In this document: piece by piece, positions 26,009-35,035 of the stretch
Layout: every line of letters starts with the position of its first letter
Numbering within the stretch: the first letter of the stretch is position 1
Source: a virus
Taxonomy: Duplodnaviria > Caudoviricetes
IMG/VR virus record: IMGVR_UViG_3300042451_000960
Strand: one strand, 5' to 3'
Length of the DNA stretch: 64,000 nucleotides
Notes under the pieces: generated by a model
Databases searched by the model: none
What the model saw: the letters and a program-made list of their open reading frames with translations, nothing else
What the model was told of the DNA's origin: nothing
Position numbers and translations under genes: made by a program

Positions 26009-27851
26009 AAGCTCCCCCTGCACATGCCAACTCACCACTTAAGTCAGTTGTATCTTCCAATTCTACAACTTTACTTAAATCAACATCATGTAATGTTTTC
26101 ATAAGTTCTTCGTACTTCTCTTTAGTGCAATCTTCAAATGGAGCTTGAATATAAGTTCCACCATCATAAGGTAATACTGAAAGTCCATTGTAGAATTCTT
26201 TATTATCCCACATCCATTGCCCAACCGCATCCCACTCATGCTCTCTAATTGAGATTGTAGCAGATACGTTGTGTGTATTGTTACCACTTCTATGCCCTGG
26301 CTTAATCCATTCACCATGCACTCTCTTAACTCTTTCCAATAATTGAATTGGAGATTCGGTTCTAAAAATTGCATCTGCTGGAGCCATTTGTGGAATACCA
26401 ATTACCGCAGTATCATGTGGTCTAAAATATTCATCTTCTACCAATTCAGGGTGATGTATTACTAAGTGAGAATAAATTGCTTCATTCTTACCCACCCTTA
26501 CTCTACGAATATAATAATCATTGTGCCAAGCGTGAATACCGGATGATGTTCCCAAAGTTAATGATGTAGTTCCAGCAGGCTTAACAGTTGTAGTTCTAGC
26601 CGATGCGTTGATACCCATAACTTCTGCTAATCTTTTGTTTTCTACTTTAACAACTTTAGCTGCTTCTTTCATATCTAACTTTAATACTGCACCACTTCCG
26701 ATACCAGTCATAGATACTCCGATAAGTGCATCCTTTTCAGTTGTTCTTTGCCAAATAGGTCTTAGATAATGGAAATCAGTATATCCAGCCTGTAATGTTC
26801 CAATGAATGATGCTGCTTTAACTCTTTCGTTTAAATCTTTTTGGTCAACTACATCAGAAACATTTACTTCACATAAGTTACAGAATTGGAAAGGTCTTAA
26901 TGCAATCTCACAACAAGGATTAGTTCCCCAATCTTTATCGTTTGATAAGTAGATACCAGGTTCACCTGCTCCACTTGCTTCAATTCTTTTCCATAAATCC
27001 ATAAAATACTCTTTGGTAATTTTATGTCTCATTAATACTGCCGAGTTATTTGCTCTACCTCTTTGTGGATTATTTTCCCACCATGCACCACTCTTACAAC
27101 TAATCATTTGCTCATCAGTTGCGGAGAATAATGCAATCAATGCTGCTCTACGGATACCACCTGCTAATACTGCATCGGCAATGTGACAAACCATATCATG
27201 CACTTCAATTGGTTTTAATTTCTCACCATCTTTTTTTGCATCTAAGATACCTTCCAATTTGATAAGGCACTCTTTCAATGGTTGAGGACCAGGTGCTTTA
27301 CCACCAGATGTTACCAATCGTGCTCCCTTCTCTCTAATATCTCTAAAATCAAATACCGGCTTACTACCACCAAAGAAATATGCTTTTACAATTACTGAAA
27401 CTGCATCAGCCCATCCTTCAATAGAATCACCGATTAAAAATCTTCTTGTCTTATCAGCTGATGGCTTCCTGATTTCAGGCAAAGCATCAACGTGATGTTG
27501 TTGTACTGAATAACCTACTCCCGTCCCACCTAAAAGTAAGAACATAATTTCTGAAAATACTCTCCAATCATCAACCGGCGCAAATGCACAGTTGTATATT
27601 CTATTTGGTGACAATTCAATTGGTTTACCAGCGAACTGCATTGAACGCATTGAAGGTAAAACCTTTTTATCATATACGAGTTTGTAGTTCTCTCTAATTT
27701 CTGCTTCTAATTTTGGGAACTTCTTAATATGCATATTCATATTACGAGTTACCAATTCTTCCCAGGTTTCCCTTCTTTTTAATTCTGGTCTGTACTTTGC
27801 GTACTTCATATAGACCGTAATCTCTGATAAAATTCTTTGTGAAATGTCCAT
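25995..27851 (-). CDS. nrdJ: Class II (adenosylcobalamin-dependent) ribonucleotide reductase
   Basis: PSMR, NCAF, TNPCCE, KPAGT and C-terminal CAGGAC; 618 aa with no ATP-cone. Confidence 0.92.
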   Translation of the reverse strand: MDISQRILSEITVYMKYAKYRPELKRRETWEELVTRNMNMHIKKFPKLEAEIRENYKLVYDKKVLPSMRSMQFAGKPIELSPNRIYNCAFAPVDDWRVFSEIMFLLLGGTGVGYSVQQHHVDALPEIRKPSADKTRRFLIGDSIEGWADAVSVIVKAYFFGGSKPVFDFRDIREKGARLVTSGGKAPGPQPLKECLIKLEGILDAKKDGEKLKPIEVHDMVCHIADAVLAGGIRRAALIALFSATDEQMISCKSGAWWENNPQRGRANNSAVLMRHKITKEYFMDLWKRIEASGAGEPGIYLSNDKDWGTNPCCEIALRPFQFCNLCEVNVSDVVDQKDLNERVKAASFIGTLQAGYTDFHYLRPIWQRTTEKDALIGVSMTGIGSGAVLKLDMKEAAKVVKVENKRLAEVMGINASARTTTVKPAGTTSLTLGTSSGIHAWHNDYYIRRVRVGKNEAIYSHLVIHHPELVEDEYFRPHDTAVIGIPQMAPADAIFRTESPIQLLERVKRVHGEWIKPGHRSGNNTHNVSATISIREHEWDAVGQWMWDNKEFYNGLSVLPYDGGTYIQAPFEDCTKEKYEELMKTLHDVDLSKVVELEDTTDLSGELACAGGACEVK

Positions 27852-28017
27852 TTGTTTTGTAAAATTTAAATGTTTGTGAGTTTGATTTTTTCAGGAAAAC
27901 CCGAAAATAAAAAAATAAATATAAGGCCTCTCACCAAACGATTCAATTTTGTGGATAAAAAATCCACTTTTCTTTAAATTTTTTTGGTGTCAAAATTCTA
28001 ACCTATTAAAACATAAG

Positions 28018-28039
28018 AAAAGGGGAGAGTTACTCCCCT
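28018..28039 (-). terminator. Intrinsic terminator after the histone-like gene
   Basis: AGGGGAG/CTCCCCT stem followed by a U-run on the minus strand. Confidence 0.6.
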
Positions 28040-28043
28040 ATCA

Positions 28044-28217
28044 TTATGCTGCCTTTTGCTCTTCTGTTGAAGCTTTCTTATACGCAGTTACTAATTTCTT
28101 CAACTCACCAATCGCTTTTCTAGCTCTTGATTTGTTTACTTTCTTAGTACCATTGTGCTCAGTTTCAAAAGTTGTGAATAGAGCTTTCATTTGTTCGAAT
28201 AGTTCTTGACTGTTCAT
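28044..28217 (-). CDS. Histone H1-like (Hc1-type) small basic protein, 57 aa
   Basis: Not in the ORF track. MNSQELFEQMKALFTTFETEHNGTKKVNKSRARKAIGELKKLVTAYKKASTEEQKAA; the N-K..RARK...EL.K...(F/Y)(R/K)KAS pattern is typical of Bacteroidetes H1-like proteins. Confidence 0.7.
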   Translation of the reverse strand: MNSQELFEQMKALFTTFETEHNGTKKVNKSRARKAIGELKKLVTAYKKASTEEQKAA

Positions 28218-28236
28218 AGTTTTTGTTTTTAAATGT

Positions 28237-29631
28237 TTATCCTAACCCCGTATTGGTATTTGGTTTACTACCAACCGGCATTGCTTCCATATACTTTTTG
28301 TGTAACAATTGTCTTTCCATTTCGGCTCCATTAGCACTCTCTTTAGTTGCCATCATTCCATCTGCTGATGTAGCGGTGTAAACATCCAAAGTACCATGTG
28401 TAGTATCCATCTTCGCTGGGAAGGTGATACCATCTTGTCCGAAACGATTTTTCATAACATGCACCCTAGCGGTATTGTTCAATTTATCTTTTGCTTTTCT
28501 ACTCAAACTCATAATGAAATCGGCGTTCATTACTTTAGCGTAAGAATCTGCAATTTTATCAGCTTCAATAACCTCACTATCAATTGCTGAACGATTGGTT
28601 TGTGATGCTGTCCAAATTGGTATTCCTAACTCACCACTCATTCCTCTTAAATCAATGTACACACCACCTTGCTCAGCGTATGTACTATCCGTTTTGTTTG
28701 AATGTGATAATAACAAATCAGCATAATCCACAATAACTAAATCGGGCTTATTACCGGCTGCTATCATCTTTTCTAAGTGAGCTTGAATTGTTTTGGAACT
28801 TGCTGCTTTTGGTGGGAAGTATTTGATTTTTAATTTACCTCTTAATTTCTTTAAGGAAATCAATACTTCTTCTTTCTTATCAGATAACTCATGCGATGCT
28901 ATGTGAGAGAATACCGTATCGTATCTCAAACCAACATACTCTTGCGATAATTCTAATGAGTAGTGTACCACAGTCTTTCCAGCTTTTACAGCTGCTGCTC
29001 CTAAAGCACATAATACCCAAGTCTTACCAACACCGGATGGTGCAACTACAACCCCCAATTCACCAGGTCCTAATCCACCATTCATAAGTTCATTGATACA
29101 TTCCCAATCGGTTGCCACCGTATCTCTTTTTGTTTCATCATATCTTCTTTCAAAGTCTATGAGATAATCCATACCTAAATCAGAATCAACACCAACTTTC
29201 ATTGCCTTATCAACCAACTCTTTGATTTTATCATAGTTGCCTGATTTTAGTAAATCAATTGATTGTACGATTACATTCTTTAAGTTTTGATTAATACAAA
29301 ATGCTGTGAACTCATCTTTAATATATTCCAAATCGGTATTACCAATTTGTCCATATACTTCTTTGAGTTGAGTTACGATTGTTTTTTGTAGAGATTGATT
29401 ATCAAGCTTAGATACTTGAACTTTAAATACATCTAACGAAGGTACTTTATTGTAATCTTTATGGTGCGATACAATTTCATCCACTATCCACTTATTTGCT
29501 TCGGACTCAAAGAACTTCTTATGGATTACATCTGAAAGTGTATCCATCATTCGTTCATCCGTAAGCAAAGCAGATATTACTTTGGTCTGAAATGATTGCC
29601 CATATTTAGAGAGTGTATCTTCGCTGTGCAT
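28237..29631 (-). CDS. Replicative DnaB-like helicase (T4 gp41-like)
   Basis: APSGVGKT (Walker A), SLEL, IVDYADLL, TASQTNR and KNRFG motifs. Confidence 0.93.
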   Translation of the reverse strand: MHSEDTLSKYGQSFQTKVISALLTDERMMDTLSDVIHKKFFESEANKWIVDEIVSHHKDYNKVPSLDVFKVQVSKLDNQSLQKTIVTQLKEVYGQIGNTDLEYIKDEFTAFCINQNLKNVIVQSIDLLKSGNYDKIKELVDKAMKVGVDSDLGMDYLIDFERRYDETKRDTVATDWECINELMNGGLGPGELGVVVAPSGVGKTWVLCALGAAAVKAGKTVVHYSLELSQEYVGLRYDTVFSHIASHELSDKKEEVLISLKKLRGKLKIKYFPPKAASSKTIQAHLEKMIAAGNKPDLVIVDYADLLLSHSNKTDSTYAEQGGVYIDLRGMSGELGIPIWTASQTNRSAIDSEVIEADKIADSYAKVMNADFIMSLSRKAKDKLNNTARVHVMKNRFGQDGITFPAKMDTTHGTLDVYTATSADGMMATKESANGAEMERQLLHKKYMEAMPVGSKPNTNTGLG

Positions 29632-29646
29632 AATTTAATTGGTTTA

Positions 29647-29678
29647 CAAATATACAACAATTTAGTGGTTTCACCAAA
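29647..29678 (-). promoter_or_regulatory. Bacteroidetes-type promoter (TTTG-N20-TATATTTG)
   Basis: Exact consensus upstream of the helicase gene. Confidence 0.7.
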
Positions 29679-30722
29679 TTATTTTACTATTATATTTGTA
29701 TAAGTTGATTTTAACCAATCGTTTATATCTTTCCAGTTTTGAAGAATTTTATACTTCATAGCGGCTTTGATAAATTCCATCTTGTCAAACTTTTTATTTG
29801 GTTCGGCAAAACGGTCATTAATTTTCAACTTCGTATTTGTATTGATATGTGGTTCTTGCAATTGCATGATTTGTTTATTTCGTAATACATCATTTTTAGC
29901 TGCAAGAATATCTTCATAGATTTTAGCATCTCCCCTTCTATCTTCACATATTTGAAAGAACTCATCAAAAGTTATTTCTCTATCTTCGGATAATTCAGGA
30001 AATCTTTTAAGAACAGTCTTTAATCCACATCCTTTAACACCAGGTACATTATCTGAATTATCTCCATCCAATGTTCTGAATAGTAAAAGGTTTTGCGGAT
30101 ACATTCCCCATTCTTCTTTAACCAATTCTCTATTGTATAATTTCTTTTTAGTTGGTGAAAATACAAATGTTTTTTCATCTACTAATTGTAAAAAATCTTT
30201 ATCGGTAGAAACAATGTAACATTCTTCATCTTCTGCTAATACGTGCTTAGCTATGTGTCCTATTACATCATCTGCTTCGATACCATCATATATCATTGTA
30301 GTAATTGGTAAACTATCTAATAGGTCTACCAACCATACAAATTGTCTTTTCATTGAAAGTTGCTCATCTTCTTGAGACATCATTTCTGGGTATTGTCTAT
30401 TAACCCTAAAACGATTCTTACCTCTATCAGCTTTATATCCTTCAAACAATTCTTTCCTACCTTTAGAACCACCCTTACCATCAAAGGTTAAGATAACTCT
30501 AGTTGGATTGAATTGGCGGATTTGATACCCGATTGAATTTAATGAACCAATAACTCCACCCGTATGTTCACCATCCTCATTCATAATGGGGTTGGTAGTC
30601 CAGCTACGGATGAAGGTATTTAGTCCATCTATGATAAGAACTCTACCATTCCTTACCCTTTGGGCATTAGATTCATGTTCAGATTCTACTTCATTGAGTA
30701 ATTTTTTGTATAATTCTTTCAT
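29679..30722 (-). CDS. 5'-3' exonuclease / flap endonuclease (T4 RNase H, Pol I 5'-nuclease-like)
   Basis: IIDGLN, EADDVIG, STDKDFLQL and GDNSDNVPGVKGCG motifs. Confidence 0.92.
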   Translation of the reverse strand: MKELYKKLLNEVESEHESNAQRVRNGRVLIIDGLNTFIRSWTTNPIMNEDGEHTGGVIGSLNSIGYQIRQFNPTRVILTFDGKGGSKGRKELFEGYKADRGKNRFRVNRQYPEMMSQEDEQLSMKRQFVWLVDLLDSLPITTMIYDGIEADDVIGHIAKHVLAEDEECYIVSTDKDFLQLVDEKTFVFSPTKKKLYNRELVKEEWGMYPQNLLLFRTLDGDNSDNVPGVKGCGLKTVLKRFPELSEDREITFDEFFQICEDRRGDAKIYEDILAAKNDVLRNKQIMQLQEPHINTNTKLKINDRFAEPNKKFDKMEFIKAAMKYKILQNWKDINDWLKSTYTNIIVK

Positions 30723-30741
30723 ATTGTTTTGTAACATTTAA

Positions 30742-31863
30742 TTAATCACCGATTACTTCTGAGTCTGTCACCAAACTATCAGTATCCAATGAATCTTTTT
30801 TGTATTGAGAAATTGTTGCTTCACAAATCCTTTTATAGATTTGCTCTTTAACTTCCTGATTAGATTCCAATGTTGTTGGAAAATCTTTGGATTGGAATTT
30901 AATCACTTCGCCAGTATCAATATCAGTATATTCATACCAAGCTCCTGATTGTTTCACAATACCATTATCCTTCATTATTGCTAACCAAGCTCCATAGTTA
31001 TCAATTCCTCTGTCAAAGAAAATATCAAAATCTGCGGAACGTAACGGCGGTCCCATACGATTCTTTACTACTTGACAACGAACTTTAATACCTACGATTC
31101 TTTCGTTACCATTTTCTTTTGCTTTAATCGTTCCCATACTCTTTAATCTCAAACGAACCGAAGCATGGAAAGCGATTGCTTTACCACCACTCGTTGTCCA
31201 AGGGTCAGAGAAAGGCATTGCGTTCATCTTCTGTCTTAATTGGTTTGTGAAAACCAAAGTGATTTTCTGTCTACCAATAAGGTTTGTAATTTTACGCATT
31301 GCTTTGGAAATGATAATTGCTTTATCCGTAGCGTAACCATCCTTACCATAATCAGCTTCCATCTCCTTTTCAGTTGATGCTGCTGCTACTGAATCCACAA
31401 CGATTGTTACATACTTATCCTTTGAGTTAGTTCTCACTTTCTCAATAATAGTTTCGGTATATTCAAAACATTGTTCAACAGTCTCAGCTGCTACATAAAG
31501 TAATTTGGTTGTATCTACTCCAATGGCTTCTAAGAATTCTCTACTTACGGCGTTTTCAGTATCAATCAACACAGCTATACCACCTAACTTTTGTGTTTCG
31601 GCAAGTAAGTGAGCTGATAGTAATGATTTACCACTTTGTTCCAAACCTGTCACTTCGGTAATTCTACCAACAGGCAAACCACCATACGGGCGATTTGAGA
31701 TAGCCACATCTAACATTGATGCTCCGGTTGAAATCCATCCCTCTACATTAGTGGGAGCCTCATCCGAGTCCAAAAAGAATGCTACCTTTTGGTCTTTTGA
31801 TTGTTTGTTTAGTGACTCAGCAAGCACTGCTGCTAAGTCCACTTCCTTAGTTGCTTTAGCCAT
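30742..31863 (-). CDS. recA: RecA/UvsX recombinase
   Basis: GLEQSGKS, IDTE, VDSVAA, FTNQLR, GGKA..FHASVR and KNRMGPP motifs. Confidence 0.95.
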   Translation of the reverse strand: MAKATKEVDLAAVLAESLNKQSKDQKVAFFLDSDEAPTNVEGWISTGASMLDVAISNRPYGGLPVGRITEVTGLEQSGKSLLSAHLLAETQKLGGIAVLIDTENAVSREFLEAIGVDTTKLLYVAAETVEQCFEYTETIIEKVRTNSKDKYVTIVVDSVAAASTEKEMEADYGKDGYATDKAIIISKAMRKITNLIGRQKITLVFTNQLRQKMNAMPFSDPWTTSGGKAIAFHASVRLRLKSMGTIKAKENGNERIVGIKVRCQVVKNRMGPPLRSADFDIFFDRGIDNYGAWLAIMKDNGIVKQSGAWYEYTDIDTGEVIKFQSKDFPTTLESNQEVKEQIYKRICEATISQYKKDSLDTDSLVTDSEVIGD

Positions 31864-31876
31864 ATATTAACTTATT

Positions 31877-32692
31877 TTATGAATTGAAAAGGTCATCAAA
31901 TGCTGCTGCCACATCATCTAATTTCTTAGCTGGTGCTGCGGCTGGCTTTGATGGAATTGTATCGAATGGTGCTTCATCATCGTTAGCAGTTGAAGATAAA
32001 GTTTCAGCTGATGCTGATTTTTCATCTTCAGAAGTTGCTGATGGATTCAACCAACCTTCTAATACATTTTTCAATTCTGCATAAGTTAATTCTGAATAAA
32101 GTTCAGTAATTTCTTTTTGAGAAGATAAGTACTTATCCGTTTCTTCTTTTGAAGTTGCCAATGGAGTTTCCTTTGGTTTAACACGGATTGTTGTTACAGG
32201 GTAAGATGTACCACTGTCTTCAGCTGATACTACTTCAACAGTAATATCTCTACCTTCATTTGGGTCAGTAATATCACCATAATCAGGATCTGCCATATAA
32301 CCAAGAATTTCTTGATATACAGTTTTTCCAAAGCCCCAGAATCTTACGCCTTCACCTTCTTCACCTCTTACCAATACTGGTACAAAAGTTCTAAGTTTCG
32401 GCTCCATTTTCTTAGCAGCTTTCCAATCTTCCTTATCACCCATTCTTTTAAGTTTATCAGCAAACTCAACGATTGGGTCAGGTCTACCGAATGACATCGG
32501 AGATAGATAAGTTTTGTTGTTAATGTTGTAGTGAAAGTACAATTCAATGAAAGGATTCTCTTTATTGAATTTGTAAGGGACTAAACGAATAGTGTGTTTG
32601 CCCGGTGCTGGTTTCCAAAGTTCTACAGTTGTTCTTTGGGTGTTTTGCAGTTTGTTAAGTCTGCTCTTAATTGCGTCTAAATTAATAGCCAT
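31877..32692 (-). CDS. Single-stranded DNA-binding protein (T4 gp32-like)
   Basis: WKP..G..TIRLVP, HY, aromatic-rich core and acidic C-terminus ending AFDDLFNS. Confidence 0.85.
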   Translation of the reverse strand: MAINLDAIKSRLNKLQNTQRTTVELWKPAPGKHTIRLVPYKFNKENPFIELYFHYNINNKTYLSPMSFGRPDPIVEFADKLKRMGDKEDWKAAKKMEPKLRTFVPVLVRGEEGEGVRFWGFGKTVYQEILGYMADPDYGDITDPNEGRDITVEVVSAEDSGTSYPVTTIRVKPKETPLATSKEETDKYLSSQKEITELYSELTYAELKNVLEGWLNPSATSEDEKSASAETLSSTANDDEAPFDTIPSKPAAAPAKKLDDVAAAFDDLFNS

Positions 32693-32767
32693 GTCTTTTA
32701 AGTTTTAAGAGTTTAAGTTTTAAAACGTTTATGTTTTAAGGTTGGATTATAGTGTCTTTCCTACACT
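32693..32767 (-). promoter_or_regulatory. Putative gene-32-like translational operator
   Basis: Leader has a hairpin (AGUGU/ACACU) followed by five UUAAA units before the SSB AUG. Confidence 0.45.
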
Positions 32768-32797
32768 TCCGTTACACATATAAATATAAAGGAGATA

Positions 32798-32829
32798 CAA
32801 ATATACGAAGAATTCCTGATATTTCCAAA
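32798..32829 (-). promoter_or_regulatory. Bacteroidetes-type promoter (TTTG-N20-TATATTTG)
   Basis: Exact consensus; proximal of two tandem copies upstream of SSB. Confidence 0.7.
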
Positions 32830-32866
32830 TCTTTTTTCTACTATATTTTTATGGTAAAAGATGTAA

Positions 32867-32898
32867 CAAATATAGTAAAAATTTGTTACAATACCAAA
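32867..32898 (-). promoter_or_regulatory. Bacteroidetes-type promoter (TTTG-N20-TATATTTG)
   Basis: Exact consensus; distal tandem copy upstream of SSB. Confidence 0.7.
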
Positions 32899-32900
32899 TA

Positions 32901-32929
32901 AAAAAGGGAGTATTTTTTACTCCCTTTTT
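32901..32929 (-). terminator. Intrinsic terminator after the endolysin
   Basis: AAAAAGGGAGTA/TACTCCCTTTTT inverted repeat with A/U tracts. Confidence 0.75.
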
Positions 32930-33763
32930 TTATGCCAATAAATGATAATATTCTTTAAAGTGTTTGATTCTGTCCGGTAATCCAATTGTTCCTCCGTTTA
33001 CTCTTTTAGTAATCTTTGTTACAACTGTATCACTAGCTCCCTCATCTGCCATCTTATGTAATCCGTTTTTAGAGAAGAACCAAGCTGCTGATAATAATGC
33101 GTACTTAGATGCTACTACATCAGGATTAGAAGGAATATCTTCTCCGATTGATTTACCAAATGCAGTATAGTTTTCCTTACCTGTTAATTGGATATATCCT
33201 CTACCTCTGAATTTGTAGCCTTCACCACTGGCTTCATCGCCATTACCCATACGAGATGCATATACTTTGTTTGCAATCTTTTGTGGGTTTCTTTGATATG
33301 CATTTGCAATTGCTTCAGTTGGGAAATACTTTTTGAATATACCCATTAGTCCTTTCGCAGAATAATTTAAGTTCTCTTGCGTTGCTTTGAATCCACCACT
33401 CTCATGTCCACATTGTGCTAAGAAGTGTGCTAATCTTAATGGAGTGTTAATTTGGAATTTAGCTGCGGTATCGGGAATCATTGCGATTACTGCATCAGGA
33501 ATATGTCCTTTTAACTTATCCAATTTCAATCCACCTACCGGTACTATTGGTTGAACTGGTGCTGGTGGTGGAGTTCCCTCTCCCATAATTTTAGCCCAAG
33601 TTGCATCACCTACAATACCATCGGCAGGAAGTCCGTGCTTTGCTTGGAATTCTTTTACTGCCTGTTCCGTTTTAGGTCCAAAGTTAGTAACTGCTGGAGA
33701 TATACCTAATTTCTCCTGCATCAATTTTACGTTTTCGTTATTATCACCTTTTTTTAATAACAT
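32930..33763 (-). CDS. Endolysin: peptidoglycan-binding domain plus GH19 catalytic domain
   Basis: FGPKT..AVKEFQ...GL.ADGIVG; HFLAQCGHES, ENLNYS and RGRGYIQLTG. Confidence 0.92.
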   Translation of the reverse strand: MLLKKGDNNENVKLMQEKLGISPAVTNFGPKTEQAVKEFQAKHGLPADGIVGDATWAKIMGEGTPPPAPVQPIVPVGGLKLDKLKGHIPDAVIAMIPDTAAKFQINTPLRLAHFLAQCGHESGGFKATQENLNYSAKGLMGIFKKYFPTEAIANAYQRNPQKIANKVYASRMGNGDEASGEGYKFRGRGYIQLTGKENYTAFGKSIGEDIPSNPDVVASKYALLSAAWFFSKNGLHKMADEGASDTVVTKITKRVNGGTIGLPDRIKHFKEYYHLLA

Positions 33764-33767
33764 AGCT

Positions 33768-34538
33768 TTAATATTTTTTAATTTCTTTGTACATTATAAC
33801 TTGTTTAGGTTTTATAACTATTTCATTCCATAGGGATGTCTTATTATCTCTACAATCTTCCACATTTCTGCAAAGATTACTTTCATTATCAGGATATGAT
33901 AATCTGAACATATTAACAGCTTTATGTCCTCTATCAGTTGCGAATGTTTTTGCATCTGATTTGAATGCTGCTACCAATGTTCCACTTAATTTTACTAATA
34001 TATTACTTTCCGGTCTGAAAAATTCTTTAGCTTGTGTTGTAAATCCAGATATAGAAAATCCATATCCATTTTGTACACTATCAATTAAGTTTATTAATCC
34101 CTCTTTTGATGTCCAATGTAATACTGTCATTTCTTCATCAACAGTTCCATAGGTATCCATAGTAAATTGTACATCCATTAATAGATATGGTTCTATCGCT
34201 CCTCTAGAATAAAAGAAAGCAATCTTATCATTATCTATATTGATTATATAATCTTTATAATCTTTTTTTAAAGACCATACTTTATGATTTACAAAATCTT
34301 CTATAAAATCCAATACCTTCTTTCTTGTCAAATCGGGAAATTGTTCGGTTTCAATAAATAATTGATACGAAAAGTATTTGTTAATTAAATCTATTAATTG
34401 TGGACTATAATCAATTGTACCACCTCTAGTATCAAATCCGTTTTTTTGTAGGGCTAGAAATTCTTTACAAATGGATTCCCATTCGGATATTGTGTGAAAT
34501 GAGCTTTCCGGTTTAAAATACCCTCTAACCTTATACAT
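33768..34538 (-). CDS. Hypothetical protein (possible ADP-ribosyltransferase-like fold)
   Basis: VLHWT...SISGFT...NEIVI spacing resembles an ART H/S/E triad (weak). Confidence 0.3.
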   Translation of the reverse strand: MYKVRGYFKPESSFHTISEWESICKEFLALQKNGFDTRGGTIDYSPQLIDLINKYFSYQLFIETEQFPDLTRKKVLDFIEDFVNHKVWSLKKDYKDYIINIDNDKIAFFYSRGAIEPYLLMDVQFTMDTYGTVDEEMTVLHWTSKEGLINLIDSVQNGYGFSISGFTTQAKEFFRPESNILVKLSGTLVAAFKSDAKTFATDRGHKAVNMFRLSYPDNESNLCRNVEDCRDNKTSLWNEIVIKPKQVIMYKEIKKY

Positions 34539-34552
34539 AGTAATTATAAATA

Positions 34553-34969
34553 TTACTGCTGTTTATTTTCACCCTCACCGAAGTCAATTACTTCAAAAAC
34601 TCTTGTCTGAATTTTCTTAGTTCCTTCGGCATTTGTTAATATGATTGAATTCTTAAATTTCTGCCAATTGATGACAAATGAATTATCTAACACGCCACCA
34701 TTTTCTTCTTTTACCAATTCGTTTAGGGCGTTGATAGTATATAATGTATTAGATTCTTTCTTTCTATGTATTAAAATAGTGTTTTCCAACGGGGTATCGG
34801 GTTGGAAAGCTGTATCAATATTGTACGTGATGAATAACTCATCTAAATTCGCCTTATTTTGGAGAATATAAATGTAATTATAAACAATGTGGTAAGTTTC
34901 TCTAATTAATTGTAATGTATTTTGTAACTCACCTTTTGTTGTAAACGTACATAATAACTGTGTTTTCAT
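34553..34969 (-). CDS. Hypothetical phage protein
   Basis: Intact ORF (MKTQLLCTF...HRKKESNTLYTINALN) preceded by the TATTTATA motif. Confidence 0.6.
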   Translation of the reverse strand: MKTQLLCTFTTKGELQNTLQLIRETYHIVYNYIYILQNKANLDELFITYNIDTAFQPDTPLENTILIHRKKESNTLYTINALNELVKEENGGVLDNSFVINWQKFKNSIILTNAEGTKKIQTRVFEVIDFGEGENKQQ

Positions 34970-35035
34970 CCTCTTTTTCCTTTTTCTTTTATATCATCTA
35001 TAAATATGAAAAAACGGATGAAAGGATATTTTCAG

